A DNA stretch of 59,801 nt from Thermoplasmata archaeon (GTDB lineage: Archaea > Thermoplasmatota > Thermoplasmata > Lutacidiplasmatales > UBA184): the NCBI GenBank assembly GCA_035502055.1, contig DATJVB010000036.1:1-59801 (forward strand). Reading direction: 5' to 3'. Below the pieces are notes generated by a model. It saw only the letters and a program-made list of their open reading frames with translations, made no database searches and was not told the DNA's origin. Of this stretch, positions 52,274-59,801 are shown piece after piece. The position numbers and the translations under genes were made by a program. Positions within the stretch are counted from its first letter, which is position 1. Every line of letters starts with the position of its first letter.

Positions 52274-53097
52274 TCCCCGACGACCTCGACGCGCGTGAGC
52301 CGGAGGAAGGCGACGACGCCGAGGACGACCGACGCGCCCAGCAGCACCGCGAGCGCGCCGAGCGCGGAGATCGGGTCCGCGGCCCCGGTCGAGAACGCCG
52401 CATCGGCGACGGTGAGGAGGTCGGTGATCGGGCTCAGGTAGAGGACCCCGTTCGCGCCCGTCGCGCCCGAGACTGCGAGCGCCGCGAGGTGCGCCGAGAG
52501 CGTCGCCCCGAAGAGCGCCACGCCCGCGAACAGCGCCCGGCTCGTGAGCGTGGAGAGCGCGATCCCGAGCGTCGTGAAGAACCCCGTCGTGAGGAGGCCG
52601 ACGGCGACGAACGCGCCGATCCCCTCGAGGCTCACCGTCGCCGGCAGGAGCCCGAGCCCCGCCGCGATGACGACCCCGACGACCCCGGGACCGATCGACG
52701 GCAGCGCGACCCAGACCGCGACGGCCGCCGTCTTCGCCCCGAGGTAGTCGGTGAGGTGGATCGGACGGCTGAGGTAGAGGGTGATCGACCGGTTCCCAAG
52801 GTCGTCGGCGATCGCGCCGGAGGCGACGGCCGTCGCGACGATCAGGACCAGGTACGGCCAGATCACCGAGGCGTACGGCGCGTGGAGCGTCGAGAGCGAG
52901 ACGGTCCCGAGGAGCGAGGAGAATTCGGCCGTGAGGACGACGATGATCACGACCGCGGCGTAGCTGAAGCCGACGACGGTCCACGTCCCCCAGCCGGCCC
53001 GGGCGCGGAGCTCGTGGAGGAAGAGGCCGAGGACGCGTCCGGAGCGGCCGACGCGGGGGAACGTCCCGCCGGCGTAGCGGGGCGCGCTGATGCTCAT
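52270..53097 (-). CDS. ABC-2-type transporter permease
   Basis: ATG at 53097 lies in frame in track ORF 52270..53421, with ATGA overlaps at both ends. The protein is 275 aa with about 6 TM helices. Confidence 0.65.
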   Translation of the reverse strand: MSISAPRYAGGTFPRVGRSGRVLGLFLHELRARAGWGTWTVVGFSYAAVVIIVVLTAEFSSLLGTVSLSTLHAPYASVIWPYLVLIVATAVASGAIADDLGNRSITLYLSRPIHLTDYLGAKTAAVAVWVALPSIGPGVVGVVIAAGLGLLPATVSLEGIGAFVAVGLLTTGFFTTLGIALSTLTSRALFAGVALFGATLSAHLAALAVSGATGANGVLYLSPITDLLTVADAAFSTGAADPISALGALAVLLGASVVLGVVAFLRLTRVEVVGE

Positions 53098-54026
53098 GGG
53101 GTCTCCGGATGCGCGGCCGCCTCGACGCGGGCGAGGAACAATTCCTCGACGGAGGCGACCGCCCGGTCGAGGTACCGGACCTGCGTGCCGGTCTCCCGGG
53201 CCGCCTCGAAGATCGTCCGGTCCCCCTCGGGCGGGAGGACGAGCCGAAGCTCGTCGCGCCGGCGGCGCGCGGCGAGGCCCCGGGCCGAGAGCGCCGCCTC
53301 GAACGCCGCGCCGTCGCCCTTGATCCGGACCACCGTCTCGCCGCCGTGCTCGGCGAGGAGCGGGCCGAGCGGGCCCGAGGCGAGGAGGCGTCCCGCGTTC
53401 AGGAGGACGATCTGGTCGCACAGCCCCTCGATGTCCGGGAGGAGGTGCGTCGAGAGGAGGAAGCTGCGCCCGGGGATCGCCGAGAGGGTCCTAAGGAGAC
53501 CCAGCATCTCGGCCCGCCCCGACGGGTCGAGCCCCGCCGTCGGCTCGTCGAGGAGGCAGAGCGGCGGGTCGTGCACGATCGCCTGCGCGAGCTTGATCCG
53601 CTGCCGCATCCCGACGGAGTACTCCTGGATCCGGCGGTACCGCTCCTCGTGGAGCCCCACGAACTGGATCACGTCGTGGGCCCGGCTGAGGGCGACCTCC
53701 CGGGGAAGGCCGCTCAACCGGCCCATGAACGCGACGAAGCCGATCCCCGTCATCGACGGGATGAGGCAGTCGTGCTCCGGCATGTAGCCGACGCGTTCCC
53801 GGATCGCGAGCGGGTCCGCGAGCGTGTCCCGGCCGAAGACCCGGAGCCTCCCGGCCGACGGCGGGAGGAGCCCGAGCAGGAGGCGCAGCAGGGTCGTCTT
53901 GCCGGCCCCGTTCGGTCCCACGAGGCCGATCGTTCCCGGCCGCAACCGGGCCGAGACGCCGGTGAGGGCGGGATGGACCCCGAACGACTTCGACACCTCG
54001 TCGATCTCGACGAGCGCGGACTCCAC
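53094..54026 (-). CDS. ABC transporter ATP-binding protein
   Basis: GTG at 54026 lies in frame in track ORF 53094..54449. Walker A is GPNGAGKTT, the signature is YSVGMRQR, and Walker B is LCLLDEP. It is a paralog of 51344..52273. Confidence 0.9.
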   Translation of the reverse strand: MESALVEIDEVSKSFGVHPALTGVSARLRPGTIGLVGPNGAGKTTLLRLLLGLLPPSAGRLRVFGRDTLADPLAIRERVGYMPEHDCLIPSMTGIGFVAFMGRLSGLPREVALSRAHDVIQFVGLHEERYRRIQEYSVGMRQRIKLAQAIVHDPPLCLLDEPTAGLDPSGRAEMLGLLRTLSAIPGRSFLLSTHLLPDIEGLCDQIVLLNAGRLLASGPLGPLLAEHGGETVVRIKGDGAAFEAALSARGLAARRRRDELRLVLPPEGDRTIFEAARETGTQVRYLDRAVASVEELFLARVEAAAHPETP

Positions 54027-54237
54027 GGCCCCGGACCCACGTCGGGGATGTAAGCGTTCGGCCGGGCCCCAAGCGCCCGCGGGCCGGGCCGGCGGACGAG
54101 AGGGCCGCCCGCCGGCCGGGGGCCGGTTTCTCACCCGGACCCCGGCCGCACCGGCGGTGTCCCCCGGAGCTTTGTAGTGCGTCGTCCTGCGGCCCGTCGT
54201 CGGGCGGGGCTGCCCCACCGACGGGCGGCAAGGTACC

Positions 54238-55005
54238 ATGCGGTGGCCACGGGGGTGGGGGGCGCGACGCGGGGCGGGGCGCTGGATCGGATTCGGATCG
54301 GTCCCGATCGTCGGGGTCGTCCTCCTCCTGGCCCTCCCGCCGGCCGGCGCGTTCCATCCTCCGCTGACCCCGTCCTTCACCGCGGGCTGCCAGGGGCAGT
54401 CGACCGGCGCCAAGATCTTCTCCCAGAGCGGGACGACCGGCCGAGGCACCTACACCGCGAGCAACTCCAACGGGGTCTCGGACGGCTCCTCGTACGCCCG
54501 ATCGCCGCGCTCGTCGTCCGCGATCGACGCCGGCGCGTACTACTTCGTCGGACCGTCCTCGTCCGGCTGCTCGTCGCCGTCGACGACGACGGGCGGTCTC
54601 CGCGCGACGTTCATCTGGAACGTCTCCTGGACCCCGTACCTGTCGGTCAACTGCTCCGGCGACCAGTCGGCCGCCATTGCCGAGTACCAGATGTACGCGC
54701 TCGGGAACGTCCACTGGGCCTCCTCGCCGTACTACCTGTTCATCCCGCACGTGCACTCGCACACCTACCAGTACATGGTCGACTGCCACGGCGTGGGCTC
54801 GTCGACGTACTCGCCCGGAACGTTCGGCCCGATCACCCTCAAGTTCAACTCGACGACGTTCACGGAGTCGTCGGGCGTGAGCTACGACTACTACTCGTCG
54901 ATCTGGGGCCAGGACGAGACGCGCGCGACGCCGGGAAGCACCGCGTACTCGAGCATCGCGATCAACGCGACCCTCGAGGAGATCTCCTGCCCGCTCTGCC
55001 CGTAG
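54238..55005 (+). CDS. Secreted Ser/Thr/Tyr-rich protein with 7 Cys, unknown function
   Basis: 255 aa with a signal/TM segment (IVGVVLLLALPPAGA). The mature part has no recognisable domain, several NxS/T sequons, and a C-terminal CPLCP. GC3 bias is good. Confidence 0.55.
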   Translation: MRWPRGWGARRGAGRWIGFGSVPIVGVVLLLALPPAGAFHPPLTPSFTAGCQGQSTGAKIFSQSGTTGRGTYTASNSNGVSDGSSYARSPRSSSAIDAGAYYFVGPSSSGCSSPSTTTGGLRATFIWNVSWTPYLSVNCSGDQSAAIAEYQMYALGNVHWASSPYYLFIPHVHSHTYQYMVDCHGVGSSTYSPGTFGPITLKFNSTTFTESSGVSYDYYSSIWGQDETRATPGSTAYSSIAINATLEEISCPLCP

Positions 55006-55051
55006 GGCGCCCGCGGGACGGATTCGCGCCGGAGGGGCCGGGTCCCCTCCC

Positions 55052-55819
55052 CTATTCCATCGACACGTCGGACCGCAGGTAGGCGCGCGTCGCGAGGACG
55101 AGGAGGACGACGGTCTCGACGGCGAGGAGGAGGAAGCCGAGGGCGTCGCTCGCCTGGAACCCGCCCGCGTACCCGTGCCGGACGGCGTCGGCGATGTACG
55201 TGAGCGGGTTCGCGACGAACATGGCCTTGAGGCCGATCGGGAGACCGCTCGAGAGCGGGTAGAAGACGGTGCTCGCGAAGTTGACGACGAAGATGAGGAG
55301 GATCTGGAGGCTGTTGTAGGCGTTGTTCGACTTCACCAGCGCGGCGAGCAGCAGCATGAGCCCGCCGAACAATACCGACCCCAGGGCGATCGCCCCGAGC
55401 ATCGACGCGACGCCGACGGTCGTGAGCGTCGTCGTCCCCAGGAGCCCCACCGCGAGCGCGAGCATGAGGACCGCGCCGCCGAGCCCGAACAGCGCCGACG
55501 TGACGATAATCCCGAGGAGGTACTCGACGCGCGAGAACGGCCCCACGAGGAGCTGGGCGAGCATCCCCCACCGGCGGTCGGCCCACAGGATGGATCCCGC
55601 GACGGTGCCGGCCATCACGGACTGGAACGCCATGATGCCCGGCGCGAGGAAGGCGAGGTACCCGGTCCCGGAACCGCCGGACGACGCGAGGGAGGAGAAC
55701 CCGTAGCCGAAGAAGATGAGGTACATCGCCGGGAGCCCGAGCAGGATGATGAGCGTCGCCGGGTCGGCGTTGACCCGGACGTTCCGGTAGACGAGCCTAG
55801 CGAGCGTCGGCGCCGCCAC
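55052..55819 (-). CDS. ABC-2-type transporter permease
   Basis: 255 aa with 6 TM helices and a typical ABC-2 N-terminus (YRNVRVNADPATLIILLGLPAMYLIFFG). Confidence 0.8.
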   Translation of the reverse strand: MAAPTLARLVYRNVRVNADPATLIILLGLPAMYLIFFGYGFSSLASSGGSGTGYLAFLAPGIMAFQSVMAGTVAGSILWADRRWGMLAQLLVGPFSRVEYLLGIIVTSALFGLGGAVLMLALAVGLLGTTTLTTVGVASMLGAIALGSVLFGGLMLLLAALVKSNNAYNSLQILLIFVVNFASTVFYPLSSGLPIGLKAMFVANPLTYIADAVRHGYAGGFQASDALGFLLLAVETVVLLVLATRAYLRSDVSME

Positions 55820-56852
55820 GTTCCTCCGCCTCCGGTCCCACCGTCTGGAGGAAGACGTCCTCCAGGGTCTTCTCGCGCACCGTGAGCCATTCGAGCGACG
55901 TCCCGGTGGTCCGCGCGACGTCGAGGATCGCGTCGAGGCCCGCCTTCGCGCCGTCCGTGAGGACCGTCGCCGACGTCCCCCGGACGGTCACCGTCGCGGC
56001 GTCGCCGAGCGCCGGCCCGAGGGCGCGGAAGAACGCTTCCGCGTGGTCCGCGTCGGCCGTGACGTCGATCGTCTTCTTCCCCGAGTACCGGCGCTTGAGC
56101 GCGGCCACCGAGTCCTCGACGACGATCCGGCCCGCCTCGATGACGGCGACCCGGTCGCACAGGTAGTCCGCCTCCTCGAGGTTGTGCGTCGTGAAGACGA
56201 CGGTGAGCCCGCGCCGGACCTCGTCGCGGATCGAGTCGAGGAGCGTCCGGCGCATCAGCACGTCGAGGCCGACCGTCGGCTCGTCGAGGAAGAGGAGGTC
56301 CATGTCGTGCATGAACTCCCGCGCGACCTGGACGCGCCGCTTCTGCCCGCCGGAGAGGTCGAACGACCGGCGGGCGCGCAGGTCGGTAAGCCCGAACTTC
56401 CGGAGGAGCGCCTCGCGGCGCCGGACCCGCTCGTCCCGCGGAACGCCCCACAGGATCCCGTAGATGTCGAGGTTCCCCTGGACGGAGCTAAAGTCGAACG
56501 ACTCGCCCTGCTGGACGACGCCGATCCGCTCGCGGATCCGGCGCCCGTCGTGCCGGGGGTCGAGGCCGAGGATGGAGAGCCGGCCGCCGGTCGGCGCGAT
56601 GAGCGTCGTCATCGCCTTGATGAGCGTCGATTTCCCCGCGCCGTTCCGGCCGAGGAGGCCGTACACCTCCCCCCGTCGGACCGAGAAGCTCACGCCGTCG
56701 AGGGCGCGGGTCCGTCCGTCGTAGGAATGGACGATCCGGTCGGCGACGATCGGGTCCTCGGAACGGAGTCCCGCCAACGGGGCCGGGGACCCGGCGGCGT
56801 CGTGACCGGCGGCCATGGGGGCGGCGAGCGAGGACGCAGGGAAGAAGGTCAC
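55797..56852 (-). CDS. ABC transporter ATP-binding protein (DrrA/CcmA-like)
   Basis: 351 aa. Walker A is GRNGAGKST, the signature is LSGGQKRR, and Walker B is LLFLDEP. It overlaps the permease start by 23 nt. An alternative start lies at 56816. Confidence 0.9.
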   Translation of the reverse strand: MTFFPASSLAAPMAAGHDAAGSPAPLAGLRSEDPIVADRIVHSYDGRTRALDGVSFSVRRGEVYGLLGRNGAGKSTLIKAMTTLIAPTGGRLSILGLDPRHDGRRIRERIGVVQQGESFDFSSVQGNLDIYGILWGVPRDERVRRREALLRKFGLTDLRARRSFDLSGGQKRRVQVAREFMHDMDLLFLDEPTVGLDVLMRRTLLDSIRDEVRRGLTVVFTTHNLEEADYLCDRVAVIEAGRIVVEDSVAALKRRYSGKKTIDVTADADHAEAFFRALGPALGDAATVTVRGTSATVLTDGAKAGLDAILDVARTTGTSLEWLTVREKTLEDVFLQTVGPEAEERGGADAR

Positions 56853-56865
56853 GCACCCGGCGTGC

Positions 56866-57852
56866 TCACCCGGGCGGAGTCCCTTCGGGCGGCGACCAAG
56901 CGCCCACGCGCGAGAGCACGGTGAGCGCGGTGAGCGTGATCATCTTGCTCGGCGCCCCGGCGGTCTCGAGGGCGAGGGGCGTCGGCCGGTCCTTCGGATG
57001 CGCCGCGAACCACCGGGCCATCCCCGCGTCGACGTCGGGGTGGACCGCATCGAGGTTCCACCGGCCGTCCGGTCGGCGCCGGTCCGCCAGGAGCCCGAGG
57101 GCGAAGCCAAGCCGCGGATCGTCCCCGCGGCCCAGGGCGGTGAGGATGTCGAGCCCGACCAGCACGTCGTAGTAGTAGTGGACCGGGTAGTGGAAGCGGT
57201 ACCACGGCGGATACTCCGCTCCCTGACGGTGCAGCTCCCGCTCGAGGAAGAACTCCGTTCCGCGGTCGACGCAGTCGGTCATCGCGCGAGTCCACCGGGA
57301 CCGGGGATACGCGGCGAAGGCGCTCAGTCCCTCCCAGGAGTCGAGGTTCCGGCCCCGGCCGAAGCACGACCAGCCGCCCTTCGGGTCGGCGGTCTCGACG
57401 AGCCAGTCGAGCGTCGGGCGGATCCGCGGATCGTCGATGTAGCCGAACCGGAGGAGCGCCCGGGCCATGTTCCCGACGAAGCAGTGGTGCCCGTTCCCCT
57501 TCGAGTTGCCGCCGACGCCGCCGCCGCGCAGGACGGCGCGGGCCGTCCAGACGTCGCACGACGCAGCGATCGGCGGGTCCTCCTTCGCGAGGCCGAGATC
57601 GCTCAGGACGAGCATCCTCCAGTTCGTGGACGTGTACTTGGGCCGGTAGAAGTCGTCGCCGCTCCCCCACCAGCCTTCGGGACTCCTCTCGGCGAGGATC
57701 TCCGCCGCCCAGCCGCGACGCGGAATCGCCCGCCGGGCCTCCTCGACGTCGGGGTCTGCGGCCGGACGGCCGAGGAGCTCGCGGAGCGTCCGGTACCGCA
57801 TCGCGGGCTGGCTCGGCTCGAGGAGCCAGTCGAGGACCGGGTCGCGTCGCAT
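56866..57852 (-). CDS. Alpha/alpha-toroid protein with prenyltransferase/squalene-oxidase-like repeats
   Basis: 328 aa with repeated ..P.GGW-type motifs (SPEGWWGS, DPKGGWSCF, RPDGRWNL) at the spacing seen in terpenoid cyclase/prenyltransferase beta-subunit repeats. Confidence 0.55.
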   Translation of the reverse strand: MRRDPVLDWLLEPSQPAMRYRTLRELLGRPAADPDVEEARRAIPRRGWAAEILAERSPEGWWGSGDDFYRPKYTSTNWRMLVLSDLGLAKEDPPIAASCDVWTARAVLRGGGVGGNSKGNGHHCFVGNMARALLRFGYIDDPRIRPTLDWLVETADPKGGWSCFGRGRNLDSWEGLSAFAAYPRSRWTRAMTDCVDRGTEFFLERELHRQGAEYPPWYRFHYPVHYYYDVLVGLDILTALGRGDDPRLGFALGLLADRRRPDGRWNLDAVHPDVDAGMARWFAAHPKDRPTPLALETAGAPSKMITLTALTVLSRVGAWSPPEGTPPG

Positions 57853-58009
57853 CGCCCTCGCTCAGCCGCCGGGCCCGTATCCCTGCGGCGGGAGTGCCCC
57901 GAGAACGTTCCCGCCCACCGGAGGGCCCCTGTTTCGCCACCCCTCCCGGCCCCTTATCTGTGGGCACCCGAAGCCGGGACAGGGCGTCCCGGACGCCCGA
58001 AGGAGCACC

Positions 58010-58393
58010 ATGACCGATCCGAAGCCCGGCGCCGTCGTGCACGTCGAACTGAGCTCGACCGATCTGCCCGCCACCCGGAAGTTCCTCGAGACCGTCTTCG
58101 GGTGGAAGTTCAAGAAGGAGTCGATGAGTACCGACATGGAGTACTGGACGTTCGACGCGGGGTCGGGTCCGGGCGGCGGGCTCACGACCCCGATGGGCGG
58201 GATGCCGCCGGGATCCCTCAACTACGTGCTCGTCGCGTCGGTCGACGCCGCGGTGAAGAAGATCTCGCAGCATGGCGGCAAGATCCTGATGCCGAAGACC
58301 GAGATCCCGAAGGTCGGCTGGTTCGCGATCTACGAGGTGCCGGGCGGGATCGTGCAGGCGGTCTACCAACCTCAGGCGCCGGCGCGTCCGTAG
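58010..58393 (+). CDS. VOC-family (glyoxalase/bleomycin-resistance fold) protein
   Basis: 127 aa. VHVELSSTDLPATRKFLETVFGWKF is followed by a second beta-alpha-beta-beta-beta half (GGKILMPKTEIPKVGWFAIYEVPGGIV). Confidence 0.8.
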   Translation: MTDPKPGAVVHVELSSTDLPATRKFLETVFGWKFKKESMSTDMEYWTFDAGSGPGGGLTTPMGGMPPGSLNYVLVASVDAAVKKISQHGGKILMPKTEIPKVGWFAIYEVPGGIVQAVYQPQAPARP

Positions 58394-58523
58394 GGGGCCG
58401 CCCGAGCGAGCGGCCCCGACGGGGCGGCGGTTCGGCCGGCGCACCGCCGCCCCCCCCGGGGAGGGATCCTCCCCGGGGTCGCGGGTCGTTCCGTCGCTCG
58501 CGCTCTCCGAGGTTCCCGCCCCC

Positions 58524-59303
58524 TCACCCGATCGTGAGCGCCACGAGGCTGCTCGCGAGGGGTCCGCCGAGCTGGCACCAGCCGGTTGCCGTCGTCGTCG
58601 TGTGGACCGCGCCGATCGTCTGGACGACGATCGTGATCGAGACGTACGACGTGAGCAGGTAGGTGGTGCCGCCGGCGAGGACGACGGGCGCCGCGTTGAG
58701 GGCGACCGGCGCCGGGGGATGGGCCAGGGCGTACGAGCCCATCGTGAGCCCCTTCTGGAAGAGGACCACGGTCATCTGGCTGCCGGGCACCACGAGTCCG
58801 GTCGTCTGCTCCACGAGGTAGCTCGTCGCCGCCACCGAGACCGTCACCGCGCCGAGTCCGCCGCCGGGCGCGCCGGAGGTGATCGCGAGCCCCGCCTGGA
58901 AGCCGACGATCCAGGACGCGGCGAGGACCGCGGGACCCGTGGCGCTCGGGGTGTACGCGAGGCCCGACACGCCGACGTGGGCGGTGTACACGACCGAGGC
59001 CGGCCGCGGCGCCACGGTCGTGGTGGTCGCTGTGGCGAGGACGCTCGCGCGAACCGCGCCGGTCATCAACGAGACCGTCGGAGGCACGAGGACCGAGACC
59101 GACGCGCCGTGGGGCGAGACGATCGCGTTGCCGGACTGGACCGCCGTCGCCGTCATGTACGGGGCGGTGAACGCCGTCCCGGCCGCCGCCGCCATCGGGG
59201 CGGCGAGGACGAGGAAGGCGATCAGTCCGAGGCCCAGGGTCGCTCCGACTCCCAGCGGGAGCTTGGCCGTTCGGGATCCGTGTCGCTGCTCTTCTGGCGT
59301 CAT
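58524..59303 (-). CDS. Secreted Ala/Thr/Val-rich beta protein, unknown function
   Basis: This is track ORF 58524..59462; the likely start is ATG at 59303 (MTPEEQRHGSRTAKLPLGVGATLGLGLIAFLVLAAPMAAAAG). I recognise no domain. Confidence 0.5.
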   Translation of the reverse strand: MTPEEQRHGSRTAKLPLGVGATLGLGLIAFLVLAAPMAAAAGTAFTAPYMTATAVQSGNAIVSPHGASVSVLVPPTVSLMTGAVRASVLATATTTTVAPRPASVVYTAHVGVSGLAYTPSATGPAVLAASWIVGFQAGLAITSGAPGGGLGAVTVSVAATSYLVEQTTGLVVPGSQMTVVLFQKGLTMGSYALAHPPAPVALNAAPVVLAGGTTYLLTSYVSITIVVQTIGAVHTTTTATGWCQLGGPLASSLVALTIG

Positions 59304-59665
59304 GTTCTTTCCTTCCGGGCGTTCCCGCGCCCGGATCGGATCGGCGGGCCGGTCCTCCTCCCCCCCGACCGGGGGGAGGGGGGCCGCCTCGCGACTCAAG
59401 GGGGGCCGGGATTCGCCACTGTTCCGCGCAACCCGGCCGGCCCGATGAGAAAGGGGCCGCATGGATGCGGGGGTCTCCCGCGGGGTCGTCGACGGTCCGC
59501 TCGTCGGCGCGGACGGGGCGAGGATCCGGTTCGAGGCGGGACCAGGCCGCTATCCTTCGAGGAAAGCCCTTCCCCGGGTCCGCCGTTGAGGTGCTTGGGC
59601 GAGCGCGACCCGAGCTTCCCCTGCGGACGGGATGGCCTCGGTCCTGGCGGCGACGCTTCGGCCGC

Positions 59666-59801
59666 TCAGGCGTCGACGATCGGTCCGTAGGCGTCGAGGT
59701 TCGGGGTGGGAACCCGGAGGCGGTGCCCGGTCTCGACCACCTCGTCGTAGATGCGCCGGAACTCGCCGACGTACTCGGGCCGGGTCTGGGCCATGCGCCG
59801 G
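59666..59801 (-). CDS. 3' end of an unidentified gene (or a 42-codon ORF from ATG at 59794)
   Basis: Hand translation gives ..RRMAQTRPEYVGEFRRIYDEVVETGHRLRVPTPNLDAYGPIVDA*. The frame is open to the window edge. It is too short to assign. Confidence 0.3.
   Translation of the reverse strand, partial: RRMAQTRPEYVGEFRRIYDEVVETGHRLRVPTPNLDAYGPIVDA

Noticed and set aside
59354-59382. 12-bp G/C hairpin (CCTCCTCCCCCC..GGGGGGAGGGGG) as a terminator
   Set aside because: There is no adjacent T-tract. It lies about 50 nt upstream of the ATG at 59303 and 280 nt from the previous stop. Homopolymer C/G runs pair trivially. It is possibly a 5' leader structure but is unsupported.
1-59801. CRISPR arrays, rRNA genes, transposases or IS elements, and integrases
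   Set aside because: I found no regularly spaced direct repeats, no rRNA-like conserved stretches, and no DDE or tyrosine/serine recombinase motifs in either strand's ORFs.

Overview
High-GC archaeal chromosomal fragment, strongly coding on both strands. The archaeal call rests on fibrillarin, archaeal class III (pilin-type) signal peptides, FlaI/FlaJ-type genes, an HPS-RraA fusion, and A/T boxes about 26-36 nt upstream of start codons. A guess of an uncultivated Thermoplasmatota-like euryarchaeon is low confidence. I support about 65 protein genes and one tRNA. I saw no rRNA and no CRISPR array. Many long Arg/Pro/Gly-rich track ORFs are antisense or off-frame artefacts of the high GC content and are not called.

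Layout from start to end:
- 1-8.6 kb: a type IV filament (Tad/Epd- or bindosome-like) locus next to a PstS-type binding protein that carries a pilin-type signal peptide, plus a PhoU-type regulator.
- 8.7-24 kb: a run of secreted or membrane-anchored surface proteins (Ig/PKD repeats, PQQ-like and Kelch propellers, lactonase-type propeller, esterase, phosphoesterase) and small regulators.
- 24-34.4 kb: a glycan biosynthesis cluster (GT2, GT4, GT-C-like, and a cellulose-synthase-like processive GT2).
- 34.4-37.9 kb: a lower-GC island downstream of tRNA-Glu. It is a tandem array of toxin-antitoxin cassettes, each bounded by a copy of the tRNA 3' end, with no integrase.
- 40.6-47.1 kb: the most interesting region. 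It is a tightly coupled, compositionally native operon encoding a VirB4-like ATPase, a VirB6-like polytopic protein, a VirB2/TrbC-like pilin candidate, an Ig-repeat surface protein with a cytoplasmic wHTH-like tail, and three unknown proteins. There is no relaxase, coupling protein or integrase, so it is a candidate Ced/Ted-like DNA-transfer apparatus.
- 47-59.8 kb: fibrillarin, RidA, DUF885, three ABC-2 transporter modules and orphan secreted proteins.

All family assignments come from motif reading by eye and need HMM or structure confirmation. Hand-counted coordinates of non-ORF features may be off by 1-2 nt.
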